56,466 nucleotides of DNA from Clostridia bacterium (GTDB lineage: Bacteria > Bacillota > Clostridia > Christensenellales > CAG-1252): the NCBI GenBank assembly GCA_017961365.1, contig JAGCXI010000035.1:1-56466 (forward strand), read 5' to 3'. The position numbers and the translations under genes are program-made. Shown piece by piece: positions 1-10,830 of the stretch. A model generated the notes under the pieces. It was given only the letters and a program-made list of their open reading frames with translations, was not told where the DNA came from and did not search any database. Within the stretch, counting starts at the first letter, position 1, and every line of letters begins with the position of its first letter.

Positions 1-79
1 CTTATAGCTTTTGACATTTAGTTCGCTCGTTTTTTTGCCGCGCTCCTTGCGAGCGCCTTTCTCTCTATAGCGCGCGTGA

Positions 80-1480
80 TCAACGCCTGCGCTCCGAGAT
101 CTTCACGAACTGCGCATAGCGCTCGGCGTCCGCGTCGCGCACGAGATCATCCAGCTCTCCGTCGCTCATCGCCGCCACTCTTCCGCCGGCATACATCTCG
201 TCCACTCTCGCCTTGACAGCCGCCACGATGGGATCACTTTTCACAACTTTTGCCTCCTCGGGAAGCGAATAGCTGTTATTGATCCAATAGGCGATGCCCG
301 CGAGTCCGCTGTTATTATCCACGCAGACCATCGGCGGACGATGCAAGACCTTGGTTGTATTGAAGATATTATAGATCTCCTCGTCCTTCATGAGGCCGTC
401 CACATGGACGCCCGCTCTCGTCACATTGAAGTCTCTGCCCACGAAAGGCGTGCGCGGCGGGATCTTATAACCGATCTCACGCTTGAAATACTCCGCGATC
501 TCGGTGATGACCGAAAGGTCCATCCCGTCCGTCGTCCCTTTCAAGGAAGCGTACTCGATCGCCATCGCCTCCAAGGGACAATTCCCCGTCCTCTCGCCGA
601 TGCCGAGAAGGGCGCAATTCACCGCCGAGCAACCATAGAGCCACGCGGTGGCGGCATTCGTCACCACTTTATAGAAATCGTTATGCCCGTGCCACTCCAT
701 CTGCTCGCTCGGGACCTCGCCGTAACGCCACAAGCCGTAAATCGTCCTCGGGACGCTCCTCGGAAGAGAAGAGCCGGGATACGTGACGCCGTAACCGAGG
801 GTGTCGCAGGCGCGCACCTTGATGGGGATGCCGCTCTCTTTGGAGAGCTTCATCAGCTCGCGCACGAAAGGCACGACATAGCCATACGAATCCGCCCTCG
901 TGATGTCCTCGAGATGGGCGCGAGGCACGATGCCGCGATCCAGCGCCTTTTTGATGATGGAGAGATATTTGTCCATCGCTTGCGCGCGGGTGAGATGCAA
1001 CTTATTGAAAATATGATAGTCCGAACAGCTGACGAGGATGCCCGTCTCTTTGATGCCCATTTCTTTCACAAGCTCAAAGTCCGAATCCGTGGCGCGGATC
1101 CAGCTCGTGATCTCGGGGAACTCATAGCCGAGCTCCTGACAAGCGCGCACCGCCGCCCTGTCCTTCTCGCTGTAAAGGAAAAACTCGCTCTGCTTGATGA
1201 TGCCTTTCTTGCCGCCGAGGCGATGCATCATCTTATAAAGATCCACGATCTGCTCCACGGTAAAAGGCTGCATGGACTGCTGTCCGTCGCGGAAAGTGGT
1301 GTCCGTGATCCATAAAGACTCCGGCGTATTCATCGGCACGGTGAAGAAATCGAACGCCGTGCGCGGCACGTTCTCATAGTCGAAGAACTCGCGGAAAAGA
1401 TTCGGCTCCGCGACGTCCTGCAACGAGTAGGAATACGTCTGCTCCTGCAGCAAATGCTTGTGGGTGTTATAGAATATCAT
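80..1480 (-). CDS. Re-citrate synthase-like enzyme (DRE-TIM metallolyase, LeuA/HMGL-like family)
   Basis: ITDTTFRDGQQ, EWHGHND and GIGERTGN motifs; N-terminal QDVAEPNLFRE extension; no LeuA regulatory domain; AGGAGG RBS. Confidence 0.8.
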   Translation of the reverse strand: MIFYNTHKHLLQEQTYSYSLQDVAEPNLFREFFDYENVPRTAFDFFTVPMNTPESLWITDTTFRDGQQSMQPFTVEQIVDLYKMMHRLGGKKGIIKQSEFFLYSEKDRAAVRACQELGYEFPEITSWIRATDSDFELVKEMGIKETGILVSCSDYHIFNKLHLTRAQAMDKYLSIIKKALDRGIVPRAHLEDITRADSYGYVVPFVRELMKLSKESGIPIKVRACDTLGYGVTYPGSSLPRSVPRTIYGLWRYGEVPSEQMEWHGHNDFYKVVTNAATAWLYGCSAVNCALLGIGERTGNCPLEAMAIEYASLKGTTDGMDLSVITEIAEYFKREIGYKIPPRTPFVGRDFNVTRAGVHVDGLMKDEEIYNIFNTTKVLHRPPMVCVDNNSGLAGIAYWINNSYSLPEEAKVVKSDPIVAAVKARVDEMYAGGRVAAMSDGELDDLVRDADAERYAQFVKISERRR

Positions 1481-1497
1481 ATAGCCTCCTATCTGCC

Positions 1498-2571
1498 TTA
1501 CGACTCTTCGCTTCCTTTCAGGAGCTCGTTCTGCTCATTCAAAGCGAGCGCTTCGATCATCTCGAGCATATCTCCGTCCAAGAACTGTTCCAAGCTGTAA
1601 AGCGTCATACCAATGCGATGATCCGTCACTCTGCCCTGCGGGTAATTATACGTGCGAATGCGTTCGCTCCTATCGCCGCTGCCCACCTGCGCGCGCCTCT
1701 TCTCGGCGTACTCTTTATCGGCTTGCGAGCGATAATAGTCATACAATTTGGACTTCAAGACCTTCATCGCTTTTTCTTTGTTTTTGATCTGTGACTTCTC
1801 ATCCTGACAAGTCACCACGAGACCGGTGGGGATATGCGTGATGCGGATGGCGCTCTCGGTCTTATTCACGTACTGCCCGCCGGCGCCGCCCGCGCGGTAG
1901 GTGTCGATTTTAAGATCGGCGGGATTGAAATCCGCGTCCACGTCCTCCGCTTCGGGAAGCACAGCCACCGTCGCCGCGGAGGTATGGATCCTGCCCTGCG
2001 ACTCCGTGGCGGGAACGCGCTGAACGCGATGGGCGCCGCTCTCGTATTTGAGCTTGCTGTACGCCCCTTTCCCCGAGACGAGGAAGACGGCTTCCTTCAC
2101 GCCGCCGAGGTCGGTCATATTCATATCCACCTCTTCGGTCTTCCAATGCATACGCTCGGCAAAGCGCATATACATACGCATCAGCACCGCGCCGAAAAGA
2201 CTCGCTTCTTCGCCGCCCGTGCCCGCGCGGATCTCGATCACGACGTTTTTATCGTCATTCGGATCCTTGGGAAGAAGCTGGACTTTAAGGACGTCCTTTA
2301 AACGCTCCATCTCCTTCTTCGCGCTCTCTTTTTCTTCTTCCGCAAGCGCGATGAGATCGGGATCACTCTCCGAAGACAGTAACGCTTCGCATTCTTCCTG
2401 CTCGCGCTCCGCCTTGCAATAAAGATCGTAATTCGCGATGATCTCGGAGAGCGCGGAATGCTCCTTCGCCACCTTCTGCCATTCGTCCTGACGGGCGATG
2501 ACATCGGGGTCGGAGAGCTTCCGATTCAGCTCTTCGTATCGCGCTTTCATCAATTTCAGCTTCTCAAACAT
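1498..2571 (-). CDS. prfA: Peptide chain release factor 1
   Basis: GAGGQ motif, RF1 PxT motif (VPAT), [16 protein letters not shown]; adjacent to prmC. Confidence 0.97.
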   Translation of the reverse strand: MFEKLKLMKARYEELNRKLSDPDVIARQDEWQKVAKEHSALSEIIANYDLYCKAEREQEECEALLSSESDPDLIALAEEEKESAKKEMERLKDVLKVQLLPKDPNDDKNVVIEIRAGTGGEEASLFGAVLMRMYMRFAERMHWKTEEVDMNMTDLGGVKEAVFLVSGKGAYSKLKYESGAHRVQRVPATESQGRIHTSAATVAVLPEAEDVDADFNPADLKIDTYRAGGAGGQYVNKTESAIRITHIPTGLVVTCQDEKSQIKNKEKAMKVLKSKLYDYYRSQADKEYAEKRRAQVGSGDRSERIRTYNYPQGRVTDHRIGMTLYSLEQFLDGDMLEMIEALALNEQNELLKGSEES

Positions 2572-4340
2572 GCCTTCTCCACGATAACGACGCGATCATG
2601 CCCTTCGAGGTCCCGCAGGACCGTACCGCCGCCGAAGATCTCCTTCACGGCTTCCGCTTGATCCCATCCGATCTCCACAAAGAGCTTGCCGCCTTCCGCA
2701 AGATGCGGCGCGACGCTCTCTTTTATCTTCCTGTAATAATCCAGCCCGTCCTCCCCGCCGTCCAAAGCAAGGCGCGGCTCTTTCCGAACCACCGCGTCCA
2801 AAGCGTCGACGGTCTCGGAGGGGATATAAGGCGGATTCGCCGTGATGACGTCGAACGCTCCTTCGACGGACGCGAAAAGATCACTCTTCACGAAGATGAC
2901 ATTCGCGCCGAGCGCCTCCGCATTCTCTTTCGCAAGCGCAAGGGCTTCTTCGCTGATATCCGACGCCGTGACGGAGGACCCCCTCTTCAAAGCGAGCACG
3001 ACGGCGATGGCGCCGCTCCCCGTGCAAATATCCAATATCTTCTCTTCCGGATTCGGCTTGAGACCGAGCACGGCTTCCACGAGCACTTCGGTGTCCCCGC
3101 GGGGAATAAGCGCGCGAGCGTCCGTCTTCATCTTCACGCCGTAAAACTCCGTTTCGCCGAGCACGTACTGCATCGGCTCGCCGTCGCGAACGCGACCTGC
3201 CGCCGCCACGACTTTCTCTTTCGCCGCGCTCGGAACGCTCTCCAAGAGCGGGAGCTCACTTCGCGAGACGCCGAGATAATATGCGAAAAGCCAGTCCGCG
3301 ACGGTCTCCGCTTCTTCATTCCCTTTCAAGATCGAGAGCACTTCGTGCCGCGCGAGCTTATAATCCTTCGTGATATTGAAATCCCTCGTCGGGATCGTGG
3401 GATCCGCATCCATCTCCTGCACGGTCTTGAACGCCGTCAGAGAGACCTCCAGCATGGAATCATCCGGCTCCCTCGTCGTCAACCTTTGGAAAAGAAGCCC
3501 GGGCGTCTTGAGGACGCGCACGAAAGCATTGTCAAACTTCGCAAGGAACTTCAAGACCTCATAAGACACCCCCGCCACGACGGGAAGGAGCGCAAGCCTC
3601 GTCACGAAACGCAGCAGGAAGGAGAGCATGCCCTTATACTGATCGAAGGTGGGCAAAAACGCCGTGATGATCAAGCTGACAAAGACCGTGATGACGAGAA
3701 AACTCGTCCCGCAACGGTCATGCACGCGCGGCATTCTGCGCGCATTCTCCACCGTGAGCGCTTCGCCCTGCTCGAAGCAGGAGATCACTTTATGCTCCGC
3801 GCCGTGATACATAAAGACGCGTTTGATATCCTTCATACAAGAGACAAGGATGAGATACCCGAGAAGCACGACGAGACGCACCGCGCTCATAATGAGATTT
3901 TTCCAGACATAGAAAATATTCTCAAATCCGGGGATAAGATCGAGGAGCTTCACCACGCCGACAGGCAAGGCGATGAAAAGCCCGATCGCGAAAAGCACGC
4001 CGAGCAGGACGCCGATCACGATCGCAACGTCTACGGCGCTCTTCCCGCTTTTTCCCGCGAGCCAATAATCGAAACGCGTGGGCTCGCTCTCCTCTTCCCC
4101 ATAGACCTCCGCGGAACGCGTGAGGACTTTGGAGCCGACGATCATCATCGAAAAGAAACTGATGAAGCCGCGAAGCACGGGCACTTTCATCCACCATTTC
4201 TTCTCCTGCGAAATGCGAGCGGATTCGACTTCTATCCTGCCGTCGGGCGTGCGAACCGCCGTGGCGACGCTGCGCTCACCGCGCATCATCACCCCTTCGA
4301 GCACCGCTTGTCCGCCGATCTTGGAAACGAATTTTCTCAT
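2556..4340 (-). CDS. prmC: DUF1385 membrane domain fused to release factor glutamine methyltransferase PrmC/HemK
   Basis: N-terminal [27 protein letters not shown] (DUF1385); C-terminal [24 protein letters not shown] (PrmC). Start moved to ATG 4340 (GAGG upstream). Confidence 0.9.
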   Translation of the reverse strand: MRKFVSKIGGQAVLEGVMMRGERSVATAVRTPDGRIEVESARISQEKKWWMKVPVLRGFISFFSMMIVGSKVLTRSAEVYGEEESEPTRFDYWLAGKSGKSAVDVAIVIGVLLGVLFAIGLFIALPVGVVKLLDLIPGFENIFYVWKNLIMSAVRLVVLLGYLILVSCMKDIKRVFMYHGAEHKVISCFEQGEALTVENARRMPRVHDRCGTSFLVITVFVSLIITAFLPTFDQYKGMLSFLLRFVTRLALLPVVAGVSYEVLKFLAKFDNAFVRVLKTPGLLFQRLTTREPDDSMLEVSLTAFKTVQEMDADPTIPTRDFNITKDYKLARHEVLSILKGNEEAETVADWLFAYYLGVSRSELPLLESVPSAAKEKVVAAAGRVRDGEPMQYVLGETEFYGVKMKTDARALIPRGDTEVLVEAVLGLKPNPEEKILDICTGSGAIAVVLALKRGSSVTASDISEEALALAKENAEALGANVIFVKSDLFASVEGAFDVITANPPYIPSETVDALDAVVRKEPRLALDGGEDGLDYYRKIKESVAPHLAEGGKLFVEIGWDQAEAVKEIFGGGTVLRDLEGHDRVVIVEKACLRS

Positions 4341-4425
4341 CTTACCTCTCTTCCGCCGCAACGCTTCGGATGACGGCGGGGACTTATGCAAAGAGCCTCC
4401 GAAAGGTCCTTCGTATAATAATAAC

Positions 4426-4456
4426 AAAAAATGCGTTGCCTTTTTTCAACAACGCA
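4426..4456 (-). terminator. Intrinsic terminator after rpmE
   Basis: TGCGTTG/CAACGCA stem followed by T6 on minus strand. Confidence 0.65.
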
Positions 4457-4466
4457 CTTCGTTTAC

Positions 4467-4676
4467 TTATTTATTCCTGCCATAGCGGTTGTTGAACTTT
4501 TCGACTCTGCCGCCGGTATCCACGAGCTTCTGCTTGCCCGTAAAGAAGGGGTGGCACTTATTGCAGATATCAACGGAGATGACATCCGTCTTCTTCGTCG
4601 TGCCGGTCTCGAACGTATTACCGCAAGCGCATACAACTTTCGCTTTTCTGTACTCGGGATGGATAGACTCTTTCAT
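4467..4676 (-). CDS. rpmE: 50S ribosomal protein L31, zinc-binding type
   Basis: [29 protein letters not shown]. Confidence 0.97.
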   Translation of the reverse strand: MKESIHPEYRKAKVVCACGNTFETGTTKKTDVISVDICNKCHPFFTGKQKLVDTGGRVEKFNNRYGRNK

Positions 4677-4714
4677 GATTGCGTTACCTCGTAATAATAG
4701 CTTTATGTACTGTC

Positions 4715-4743
4715 ATTATACTTATCTCCTTCTTTTAAGTCAA
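4715..4743 (-). promoter_or_regulatory. sigma-A promoter of rpmE
   Basis: TTGACT-17-TATAAT on minus strand. Confidence 0.8.
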
Positions 4744-4842
4744 CGATTTTTCGGCATAAATTCGAATTTATTTCAATAAATTAAGAATTCTCCGCCTTTT
4801 TCGGAGGTCGAAGAGAAAGAAAAGCTCGTCGCAAAAACAGGA

Positions 4843-7176
4843 TCAGAAGAGAAGACGGAAATACGCGCCAAAGTACTTCAGCATATTTTGGATGATGAAA
4901 AGCAGACAAACGGAAGCCACAGCCGCCACGAGAAGGGCGGAAAGCGCAATGACGGCATTTTCAAAGAAAATGATCTTCCTCTTCTCCGAAACGCTCGCGC
5001 CGACTTGCGCCAAAAGTCGAAACTCCCGTTTGCGATCGCGATAAGACGCCAAAGCGTTATTCGCATAGCCGAGGAAGGCGAAGATTACCACGAGCACGTC
5101 AAGCAAGATCAAAACGCGGATATAGGCATTCGCCGCTTCGACATAAGAAGAAAAGAGCTCGACGAAACGGACGACGAAAGCCGAACGCGAATATTTCTCG
5201 GCGAGATCCTGCGTGACCGTCTCTGCGGAAACTTCCGCAAGACAGGCATTCTCCTTGATTCCCAAGCCGGAGAGATCGGTGAAAACGATGGCGAGCGGCG
5301 TATCGAGATAAGAAGCGACCGTAAAGACGGTCTCCACTCCTCCGACTTCCAAAAGGATCGGATCCCCGACGGAGACCCCCGCCTGCATCGCCAATCCCCT
5401 GCCGATGGCAAGACGACGCTCGCCTCGCACGGAAGATACGTCGAGATCAATGGATCCGACGTCCATCGCCACGGCGAAATCCTCGGCGCGGAGCGCGACC
5501 AGCGTCACTTGGCGCGTCCCTTGCGCAAGGGAACATTTTTGCTCGATATAAGCAAGATACGTCTCTTTGACCCCCTCTTCCGCCACGACCTCGGAGCGAA
5601 TGGCTCTGACGTCTTCGGACTCCGCCGAGATCACGACGTCGGCGCGGAAAAGCCGCTCCAAAGAAGAGAGCTGCGCAGCCGTTTTCCCGGAGATCGTCGC
5701 CACCGAAATGACCACCGTAAGCGCGATGACGAGAAGACGCGCGCCGGACTGCGCATGCCGATTCTCCCTTGCGCCCGCCGCCGCGATATAGAGGGCGCCG
5801 ACCGCGCTTTTTTCGGAAAAACGCATTATGAGAGCATTCGCGCCCTTTATCAAAATCGGCATGACCGCGAATAAGAGAGCAAAGAGCGCAATCGCCGCAA
5901 GGATGCCGGACGCCAAAGCTGCCGAGACCGAAGACAAGGCGCTCCAAAGAAAGAGAGCGACAAAGAGTCCGCCCGTGATCAAAACGGGTAAAACCTGCGG
6001 CTTGCGAACGGAGGAAGAGGACTGCATCATTTCATAAAGAGGCATCTTCCCCACCCGCCAAACGGGGATAAAAGCGGAAAGCAATGCGAGCAATACGCCG
6101 AAGAGGACGCCGAGAGACGCCGTGCCGAAGGTGATCGAGACAGGCGCGCTCGCCGTACCGATCATCAAATTCATCAACGCGGCAACGCCGTAACTCGCCG
6201 CGACGCCGAGAAGGCTTCCGAGCACGGCATAAAGCGCGATCTCCGCGAAAAGATAGAAGAAAAGAGCGCCGGACGACGCGCCTACGCTACGGAAAAGCGA
6301 CGCCAGCGAAAGGCGATTCTTCATCACGAGCGTCACCGCCGTATAGATCAAAATGACGCCGAGAACGGCGACAAGCCCGACAAGCGCGAAAAGCACGGTG
6401 CTTTCATATCGAAGAGTGGTAGCGAGCGCTTCTTCATTGACGGGAGAGGCAAAAGTAAAAGAGGGCGCAAGGCGTCCCAACGTCGCCGCGATCTCCTTCT
6501 CCGCTATGCCGAGCGCTTCTGTCTTTTCTTCGGACAGTTCTATAAAAAAGCGATTTCTGATCCTCACGTCTTCCGGCATGGAAAGTAGCCTTGCCGTCAC
6601 CGTGTCGCTGAGGAGGATATCCGCTTGCAAAAAGGGGCCGCTCTCCTCCGCAATCCCCACGACTTCCACCGTGGACTTTCTCTCGGATCCATAGACGGAA
6701 AGCCCCATCCGATCCCCCGTTTTCACCCCGATCTTCTCCGCAAAGGCGGCGCGCAAGATGACGCCCGTCGCTTTTGAAGAAACGCCGCCGGAGACAAACT
6801 TGCAGTCATTATACTTGAAAAGATCGGAAATGTCCGTCGAATACGCGCGAGCAAAGCTCTCCGTCCCGCCCGTCGCGGTCAGATAAGAATAATAACCGGA
6901 ATGTAAGGTCCCGTAGGCTTCCGTCTTCTCGCGAAGCGTGCGATACTCGGCGGAGTCCTCCGTCGTATAATAAGCGGAAAAAGCATCGGAAAAAGAAGCC
7001 TCCAGAGCGCATTCACCCGCAAGCGCGCGGTAAGACGCCGTCTCCCTTTTCTCCACGGAAACGCGCAGAGAAAATGCGGCGACAAAGACCGCGACGGCAA
7101 GCAAGACCGTCGCGACGATCAAGATGGGCTCCCCCACCTTGCGCTTCACGGAACGCAAAAGGCTTCTTACAAACAT
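4843..7176 (-). CDS. ABC transporter permease, MacB/FtsX family
   Basis: Two FtsX-like halves (LFRSVGAS; RKREFRLLAQVGAS), many TM helices, two large extracytoplasmic loops; overlaps ATPase stop. Confidence 0.85.
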   Translation of the reverse strand: MFVRSLLRSVKRKVGEPILIVATVLLAVAVFVAAFSLRVSVEKRETASYRALAGECALEASFSDAFSAYYTTEDSAEYRTLREKTEAYGTLHSGYYSYLTATGGTESFARAYSTDISDLFKYNDCKFVSGGVSSKATGVILRAAFAEKIGVKTGDRMGLSVYGSERKSTVEVVGIAEESGPFLQADILLSDTVTARLLSMPEDVRIRNRFFIELSEEKTEALGIAEKEIAATLGRLAPSFTFASPVNEEALATTLRYESTVLFALVGLVAVLGVILIYTAVTLVMKNRLSLASLFRSVGASSGALFFYLFAEIALYAVLGSLLGVAASYGVAALMNLMIGTASAPVSITFGTASLGVLFGVLLALLSAFIPVWRVGKMPLYEMMQSSSSVRKPQVLPVLITGGLFVALFLWSALSSVSAALASGILAAIALFALLFAVMPILIKGANALIMRFSEKSAVGALYIAAAGARENRHAQSGARLLVIALTVVISVATISGKTAAQLSSLERLFRADVVISAESEDVRAIRSEVVAEEGVKETYLAYIEQKCSLAQGTRQVTLVALRAEDFAVAMDVGSIDLDVSSVRGERRLAIGRGLAMQAGVSVGDPILLEVGGVETVFTVASYLDTPLAIVFTDLSGLGIKENACLAEVSAETVTQDLAEKYSRSAFVVRFVELFSSYVEAANAYIRVLILLDVLVVIFAFLGYANNALASYRDRKREFRLLAQVGASVSEKRKIIFFENAVIALSALLVAAVASVCLLFIIQNMLKYFGAYFRLLF

Positions 7177-7832
7177 TTCTCGATCCTGCCGTCCTTGATC
7201 GTGATGACGCGATCTCCGTAGCCCGCCCCGATCTCGCTATGCGTGACTTGCACGATCGTGACGCCGTATTTCTTATTGAGCTCGGCGAGGAGCTCCAAAA
7301 CGTTTTTCGCATTCTCGCTGTCGAGATTTCCCGTCGGCTCGTCAAGGAAGATGACCTCAGGCGAATAAAGCAGAGCGCGCAAAACGGCGACTCTCTGCTG
7401 CTCGCCGCCCGAAAGCGTGGCGGGATAACTGTCCTTGACGGCGTCCAGCTTCATAAAAGAGAGCAATTCTTCCGCTCGCGCTTCATACGCCGCCGTCTTC
7501 TTTCCGTCCAGTCGAATGGGCAAAAAGACATTGTCCCACACGGTCATCGTGGGGATCAGATTAAAGAACTGATAGACATAACCGATCTTCGTGCGGCGCA
7601 TTTTCGCAAGCTCTTTTTCGGAAAGTGCCGTGATCTCCGTCTCGCCGATCCGAACGCTGCCCTCGTCGGGACGCATCACGCCGCCCATAATGCCGAGGAG
7701 GGTGCTCTTCCCGCTTCCGCTCTCCCCCGTGACAGAGAGGAATTCTCCCGACTTCACCGTGAAAGAGAGAGAATGAAGGATCTCCCGTCCGTCGAAACTT
7801 TTCTTTACATTCGATACTATGATATCCGCCAT
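7167..7832 (-). CDS. ABC transporter ATP-binding protein, LolD/MacB-like
   Basis: GESGSGKS, LSGGEQQRV, FLDEPTGNLD, VTH. Confidence 0.95.
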   Translation of the reverse strand: MADIIVSNVKKSFDGREILHSLSFTVKSGEFLSVTGESGSGKSTLLGIMGGVMRPDEGSVRIGETEITALSEKELAKMRRTKIGYVYQFFNLIPTMTVWDNVFLPIRLDGKKTAAYEARAEELLSFMKLDAVKDSYPATLSGGEQQRVAVLRALLYSPEVIFLDEPTGNLDSENAKNVLELLAELNKKYGVTIVQVTHSEIGAGYGDRVITIKDGRIEKCL

Positions 7833-7835
7833 ATT

Positions 7836-8312
7836 TTACCGCCTTTCCACCCTCGTGATATCCGCAAAGGTCGCTCCCGCCACGCCTTCGAAAGAGGCGG
7901 GCGCCGTCTTCAAAAACACGCCGAGCTTGCCCGCGCTCGTATAGATCTCGTCAAAAAGAAGAGCTGTCTCGTCGATCACCGTCCGAAAGAGCTTTTTCAT
8001 CCCGATGGGCGAACAGCCGCCGTGGACATACCCCGTCAAGGGGAAAAGCTCCTTCTGCGGCAACATTTCCACGCTCTTCACGCCGACGGTCTTCGCCGCT
8101 TTTTTAAGATCCAAAGTCTCCGCAACGGGCAAGACGAATACGTAATGATCGAGATCGGAGCCGACGGTCACGAGGGTCTTAAAGACCGATTCCCGCTCCG
8201 CGCCGAGAAGGCGCGCGGCGTCCTCTCCGTTCTTCGGGATCTCGGAAAGAAAAAAGGCTTCGTACGCCCTGCCTTTATCCTCCAAAATACGCATCGCATT
8301 CGTTTTATCCAT
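7836..8312 (-). CDS. ybaK: Cys-tRNA(Pro) deacylase YbaK/EbsC
   Basis: KTNAMRIL, VFKTLV, TGYVHGGCSPIG, SAGKLG; start moved to ATG 8312. Confidence 0.92.
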   Translation of the reverse strand: MDKTNAMRILEDKGRAYEAFFLSEIPKNGEDAARLLGAERESVFKTLVTVGSDLDHYVFVLPVAETLDLKKAAKTVGVKSVEMLPQKELFPLTGYVHGGCSPIGMKKLFRTVIDETALLFDEIYTSAGKLGVFLKTAPASFEGVAGATFADITRVERR

Positions 8313-8318
8313 AGATAA

Positions 8319-8347
8319 ATTATAGTCTTGACAGCCCCTTTTGTCAA
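8319..8347 (-). promoter_or_regulatory. Consensus sigma-A promoter of ybaK (predicted leaderless)
   Basis: TTGACA-17-TATAAT ending 7 nt before ATG 8312. Confidence 0.8.
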
Positions 8348-8368
8348 TACGGGAGGGAGCAAAATCAT

Positions 8369-8398
8369 TTGACTTTTCTCCGTTAGGAGAAGTAGAGT
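8369..8398 (+). promoter_or_regulatory. sigma-A promoter of DMT gene (predicted leaderless)
   Basis: TTGACT-18-TAGAGT ending 7 nt before ATG 8405. Confidence 0.55.
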
Positions 8399-8404
8399 GT
8401 AGAT

Positions 8405-9352
8405 ATGGCACGAACTTTCGACAAAGTGAAATTCGCGAGATATTCCTGTCTCTTCATCGCCGCGCTCTTATGGGGCATCTCTTTCGTCGTCCAAGCGGTG
8501 GATGCGATCTCCCCTTTCACCTTTACCGCCGTGCGTTCCTTCATCGGCGCCGTCGTGCTTCTCCCCGTCTTCCTCATCATGGACGCGGTCAAAAAGAAAA
8601 AAGGACTTCTCCTCGACAAAACGCCCGAGGAGAAGAAAAAAGAGCGCAAGGATCTCCTCCTCGGCGGACTCGCCTGCGGAAGCGTCATCACCGTCGCCAC
8701 GAACCTGCAACAATTCGGGCTGTCGATGAATCTCGAGGCGGGCAAAGCGGGCTTCATCACCGCGATGTATATCGTCCTTGTCCCCATCATCGGGCTCTTC
8801 CTCGGCAAAAAGAGCAGTCTCATCATCTGGATCTCCGTCGCCCTCGGCGTGGCGGGGCTTTATTTCATCTGCGTAAAGGATTCTTTCTCCGTCAATACGG
8901 GAGACATCTGCCTTATCCTCTGCGCCGTGGCTTTTGCGGGGCATATCACCGTCGTGGATCATTTTGTCTCCAAAACGGACGGCGTCAAGCTCAGCGCCCT
9001 GCAGTTTCTCGTCTGCGGCGTCTTCTCCGCCATCCTCGCCCTCATCTTCGAGCGGGACGCTTTCTCCTTCTCCCTGATCCTCTCTTACTATCGCTCTTTC
9101 CTTTATATGGGCATCTGCTCCTGCGGCATCGCTTACACTTTACAGATCATCGGACAAAAAGATACGAATCCCACCGCCGCCTCTCTCATCATGAGCTTCG
9201 AGGCGTGCTTCTCCGTCCTCGGCGGCTTCCTGCTCCTCGGCGAAAGACTGAGCGTGCGGGAATGGATCGGCGTCGGCATTATGTTCGTCGCGATCCTGCT
9301 GACGGAGTCCAAAGAGCTCTTTCGAAAGACCGCTTCGCCCGAGGGCAAATGA
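8405..9352 (+). CDS. DMT/EamA family transporter
   Basis: About 10 TM helices; LWGISFV, KAGFIT, AYTLQIIGQ, ASLIMSFE. Confidence 0.92.
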   Translation: MARTFDKVKFARYSCLFIAALLWGISFVVQAVDAISPFTFTAVRSFIGAVVLLPVFLIMDAVKKKKGLLLDKTPEEKKKERKDLLLGGLACGSVITVATNLQQFGLSMNLEAGKAGFITAMYIVLVPIIGLFLGKKSSLIIWISVALGVAGLYFICVKDSFSVNTGDICLILCAVAFAGHITVVDHFVSKTDGVKLSALQFLVCGVFSAILALIFERDAFSFSLILSYYRSFLYMGICSCGIAYTLQIIGQKDTNPTAASLIMSFEACFSVLGGFLLLGERLSVREWIGVGIMFVAILLTESKELFRKTASPEGK

Positions 9353-9366
9353 CAGGGGCGCGCATA

Positions 9367-9396
9367 TTGACGCAAAAGGCGCGAATGTGATATACT
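9367..9396 (+). promoter_or_regulatory. sigma-A promoter with extended -10
   Basis: TTGACG-18-TATACT with TG one base upstream of the -10. Confidence 0.6.
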
Positions 9397-9406
9397 ATAA
9401 AATGCT

Positions 9407-10723
9407 ATGAAGAAACGATTTCTTTCGCTCATTCTCATCTTGATCCTTTCGGCGAGCCTCGCGCTTGCTCTTTTTTCTTGCAAGGACAAGCCGAGCTCCG
9501 ACCCCCTGCCGGACATCCCTGTCCTTGCGGCGGAAGCCGTGGCGACGGCGCTTCCCGAGAGCGAAGAAAAAGAAGAGATCGTCTCCGCGCTGCTTTCCCT
9601 CCTCGACGCGGCGGAGATCGAAGACGCGGATAAAGCGACTATCCTCCTTCTCGCAAAAGAAAATGACGTCGGCGCGGCGCTGCGCGCCCTTTATACGAAA
9701 GACTTTAACGGCGAAGCGAAGAGCCAAACCGAAAAAGCGCTTTCCCTCATCGCGAATACCGTCAGCGCGGACATCGCGGGCGACCTCTTTTACGCCGTGG
9801 AAATGAGCCGTTCGGAGAGCCTCTCTTACACCCGCGAGGACTGCCGCAAGATCGCCAATCTTTATTTCATCTTTTATCGGGACCTCGGAGAGACCGAGCT
9901 CTCCGCCCTGCTTCAAGGAGATCTTCAAGGACTGAGCGCGCGAAGGGTCAATACCCTTCTCCTCTCCCTTGCTTCCGCCTTGCATTCCATGACGGGCGTA
10001 TCGGAGGGCGGCAAGGAATATCTCCGTGCGCTCGCGCTCACGCTGCCGGAAAAGATCGTCCGAGAGCGGAAGATCGCCTCCGCAACCGCTGCGACGGAAT
10101 ATCTGACGCGGCTCATCAACGCCGTCTTCCGGGCTTACGAGCCTTTCCTCTCTTACGCCGCCGCATTCTCATCGCTCGCCACCGCAGAGACCTTCCTCGG
10201 CGTGGACTACGAGCGCAGAGAAGCCACCCTTTATTACGGCTATCGCTATGAAAGCGCCGTCGCCACCGAGATATCCCGCGAGGATTACGAAGCAAAGCGC
10301 GGCGGATACGACGCTTATTTCCCCATCGAAAAGATCGTGCGAGGCTACACCGAAAACGGCGTCTTCCGCGCCATCTCGGACGAGAAGATCGAGCTTGCGG
10401 AAAAAGCGCAAAAGCTCAACGTGACTTACCTTGCTTACGTCGCGCTGGACGACGCCGAAAAAGAGGCATTTCGCCGTAGCTTGGACGAAGTGCTCACAGT
10501 CCTCAAAGAGGATCAGGTGCTCACCGCCTCTTTCCTCGGAAAATCTCTCCACGTCGATTCCAATCTCGCGTCCCTTGATTTCGACGGACTTTGCGACGCG
10601 CTCCGTCCCCTCTCCGTCTTCAATCCGCGCGACGGGATCACCGACGAGGAACTTGCCCTCGCCCGCAGCGCGGCATCCGCTTTCGAGCGATATATGCATT
10701 CCTATCTGCCGAATATCTATTGA
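9407..10723 (+). CDS. Hypothetical lipoprotein
   Basis: Signal peptide with lipobox LFSC; helical, Ala/Leu-rich; no family recognised. Confidence 0.75.
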   Translation: MKKRFLSLILILILSASLALALFSCKDKPSSDPLPDIPVLAAEAVATALPESEEKEEIVSALLSLLDAAEIEDADKATILLLAKENDVGAALRALYTKDFNGEAKSQTEKALSLIANTVSADIAGDLFYAVEMSRSESLSYTREDCRKIANLYFIFYRDLGETELSALLQGDLQGLSARRVNTLLLSLASALHSMTGVSEGGKEYLRALALTLPEKIVRERKIASATAATEYLTRLINAVFRAYEPFLSYAAAFSSLATAETFLGVDYERREATLYYGYRYESAVATEISREDYEAKRGGYDAYFPIEKIVRGYTENGVFRAISDEKIELAEKAQKLNVTYLAYVALDDAEKEAFRRSLDEVLTVLKEDQVLTASFLGKSLHVDSNLASLDFDGLCDALRPLSVFNPRDGITDEELALARSAASAFERYMHSYLPNIY

Positions 10724-10760
10724 TCGCGCCGCGTGCTTTCGATCCACGCAAAAACAATAT

Positions 10761-10803
10761 AAAAAAAACGAACGGCTCCTTCCGAGAGAAAGAAGCCGTT
10801 TTT
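10761..10803. terminator. Bidirectional intrinsic terminator
   Basis: AACGGCT/AGCCGTT stem with A-tract before and T-tract after, between convergent genes. Confidence 0.65.
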
Positions 10804-10830
10804 ATTTGACCGAAACCGATCCTTTCCGGA

